The translations under genes and the position numbers were made by a program. This document shows, one piece after another, positions 61,165-61,566 of a stretch of 61,566 nucleotides of DNA (its first letter is position 1; every line of letters starts with the position of its first letter). The DNA comes from Neovahlkampfia damariscottae (lineage: Eukaryota), in NCBI GenBank assembly GCA_016618085.1, contig JABLTG010000126.1, positions 1 to 61,566 on the forward strand. Reading direction: 5' to 3'. The notes under the pieces were generated by a model. It worked only from the letters and a program-made list of their open reading frames with translations, was not told the DNA's origin and ran no database searches.

Positions 61165-61295
61165 ACACATGTTCACCCACTTATAAACTGGCAAAAGTGA
61201 CCAAAATGATCATTTCCGCCAGTCTTGCAATCTACTCAAAATGGAGTAGAAAGGAGTTGGGTCTCAACGTCAACACCATAAAGGTATTGACTCAT
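61165..61295 (-). ncRNA. Putative Fanzor omegaRNA scaffold / transposon right end
   Basis: Three hairpins (61269-61291, 61231-61250, 61187-61223) with G:U pairs on the minus strand overlap the 3' end of the Fanzor ORF. Boundaries are approximate. Confidence 0.65.
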
Positions 61296-61566
61296 ATTTA
61301 AAGATTTGATCAATATATTTCTTGCAGCATTCAAATCTCTATCTGCTTTATAGGAACAACTTGGGCAGATAAATGTCTTGTTTCCATAAAGTTTTTGATG
61401 TATTTTTCCACATTGACCACATGTCTTTGAAGTGTATTCTTCTGTAACTACTTTGAGAGATAATTCTGGATATTCTTTTAATTTTTTCATCAATCTTTGT
61501 CTAAAAGAGAAATGTGACCATGTAATTAAATTTCTTGCTGTTTTACTTCTAATCTTCTTTGCTCTT
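61236..61566 (-). CDS. Fanzor2/TnpB-like RNA-guided nuclease, C-terminal part (5' truncated by window)
   Basis: The frame is open to the window edge. WSHFSFRQRL, VTEEYTSKTCGQCG (RuvC-II/Zn finger) and CPSC...DRDLNAARNI (RuvC-III). Confidence 0.92.
   Translation of the reverse strand, partial: RAKKIRSKTARNLITWSHFSFRQRLMKKLKEYPELSLKVVTEEYTSKTCGQCGKIHQKLYGNKTFICPSCSYKADRDLNAARNILIKSLNMSQYLYGVDVETQLLSTPF

Overview
Compact, very AT-rich genomic DNA from a microbial eukaryote: standard genetic code, many ~27-45-nt GT-AG introns and CCAAT boxes next to most start codons. The gene content suggests a heterolobosean or other Discoba (inference). Most of 9.7-61 kb is ordinary host genes: PRP8, ATG18, PABP, thiolase, uridine kinase, TBC GAP, virilizer, BTB-TLDc, CAP-EGF surface protein, PDK, two PB1-ZZ, two PLD3, a RUN protein, a MAPK, FadJ/HADHA and an SLP phosphatase. 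The main result is a complete 7,148-bp element (1919-9066) inserted in an intron-containing alkB-like gene. It has perfect 124-bp TIRs starting AGTAGTAG and a perfect 6-bp TSD (TTGATA). It encodes a putative TP/OTU-protease/family-B polymerase/SF1 helicase/HNH fusion plus Zn-finger and F-box proteins, with no recognisable integrase, capsid or packaging ATPase. It therefore looks like a chromosomally integrated transpoviron-like or capsid-less mini-Polinton replicon, with its own promoter motif and two palindromic modules. A second, Crinkler-carrying element probably ends at ~1697 in the same alkB gene. The window ends inside a Fanzor2/TnpB gene followed by a structured omegaRNA-like sequence.
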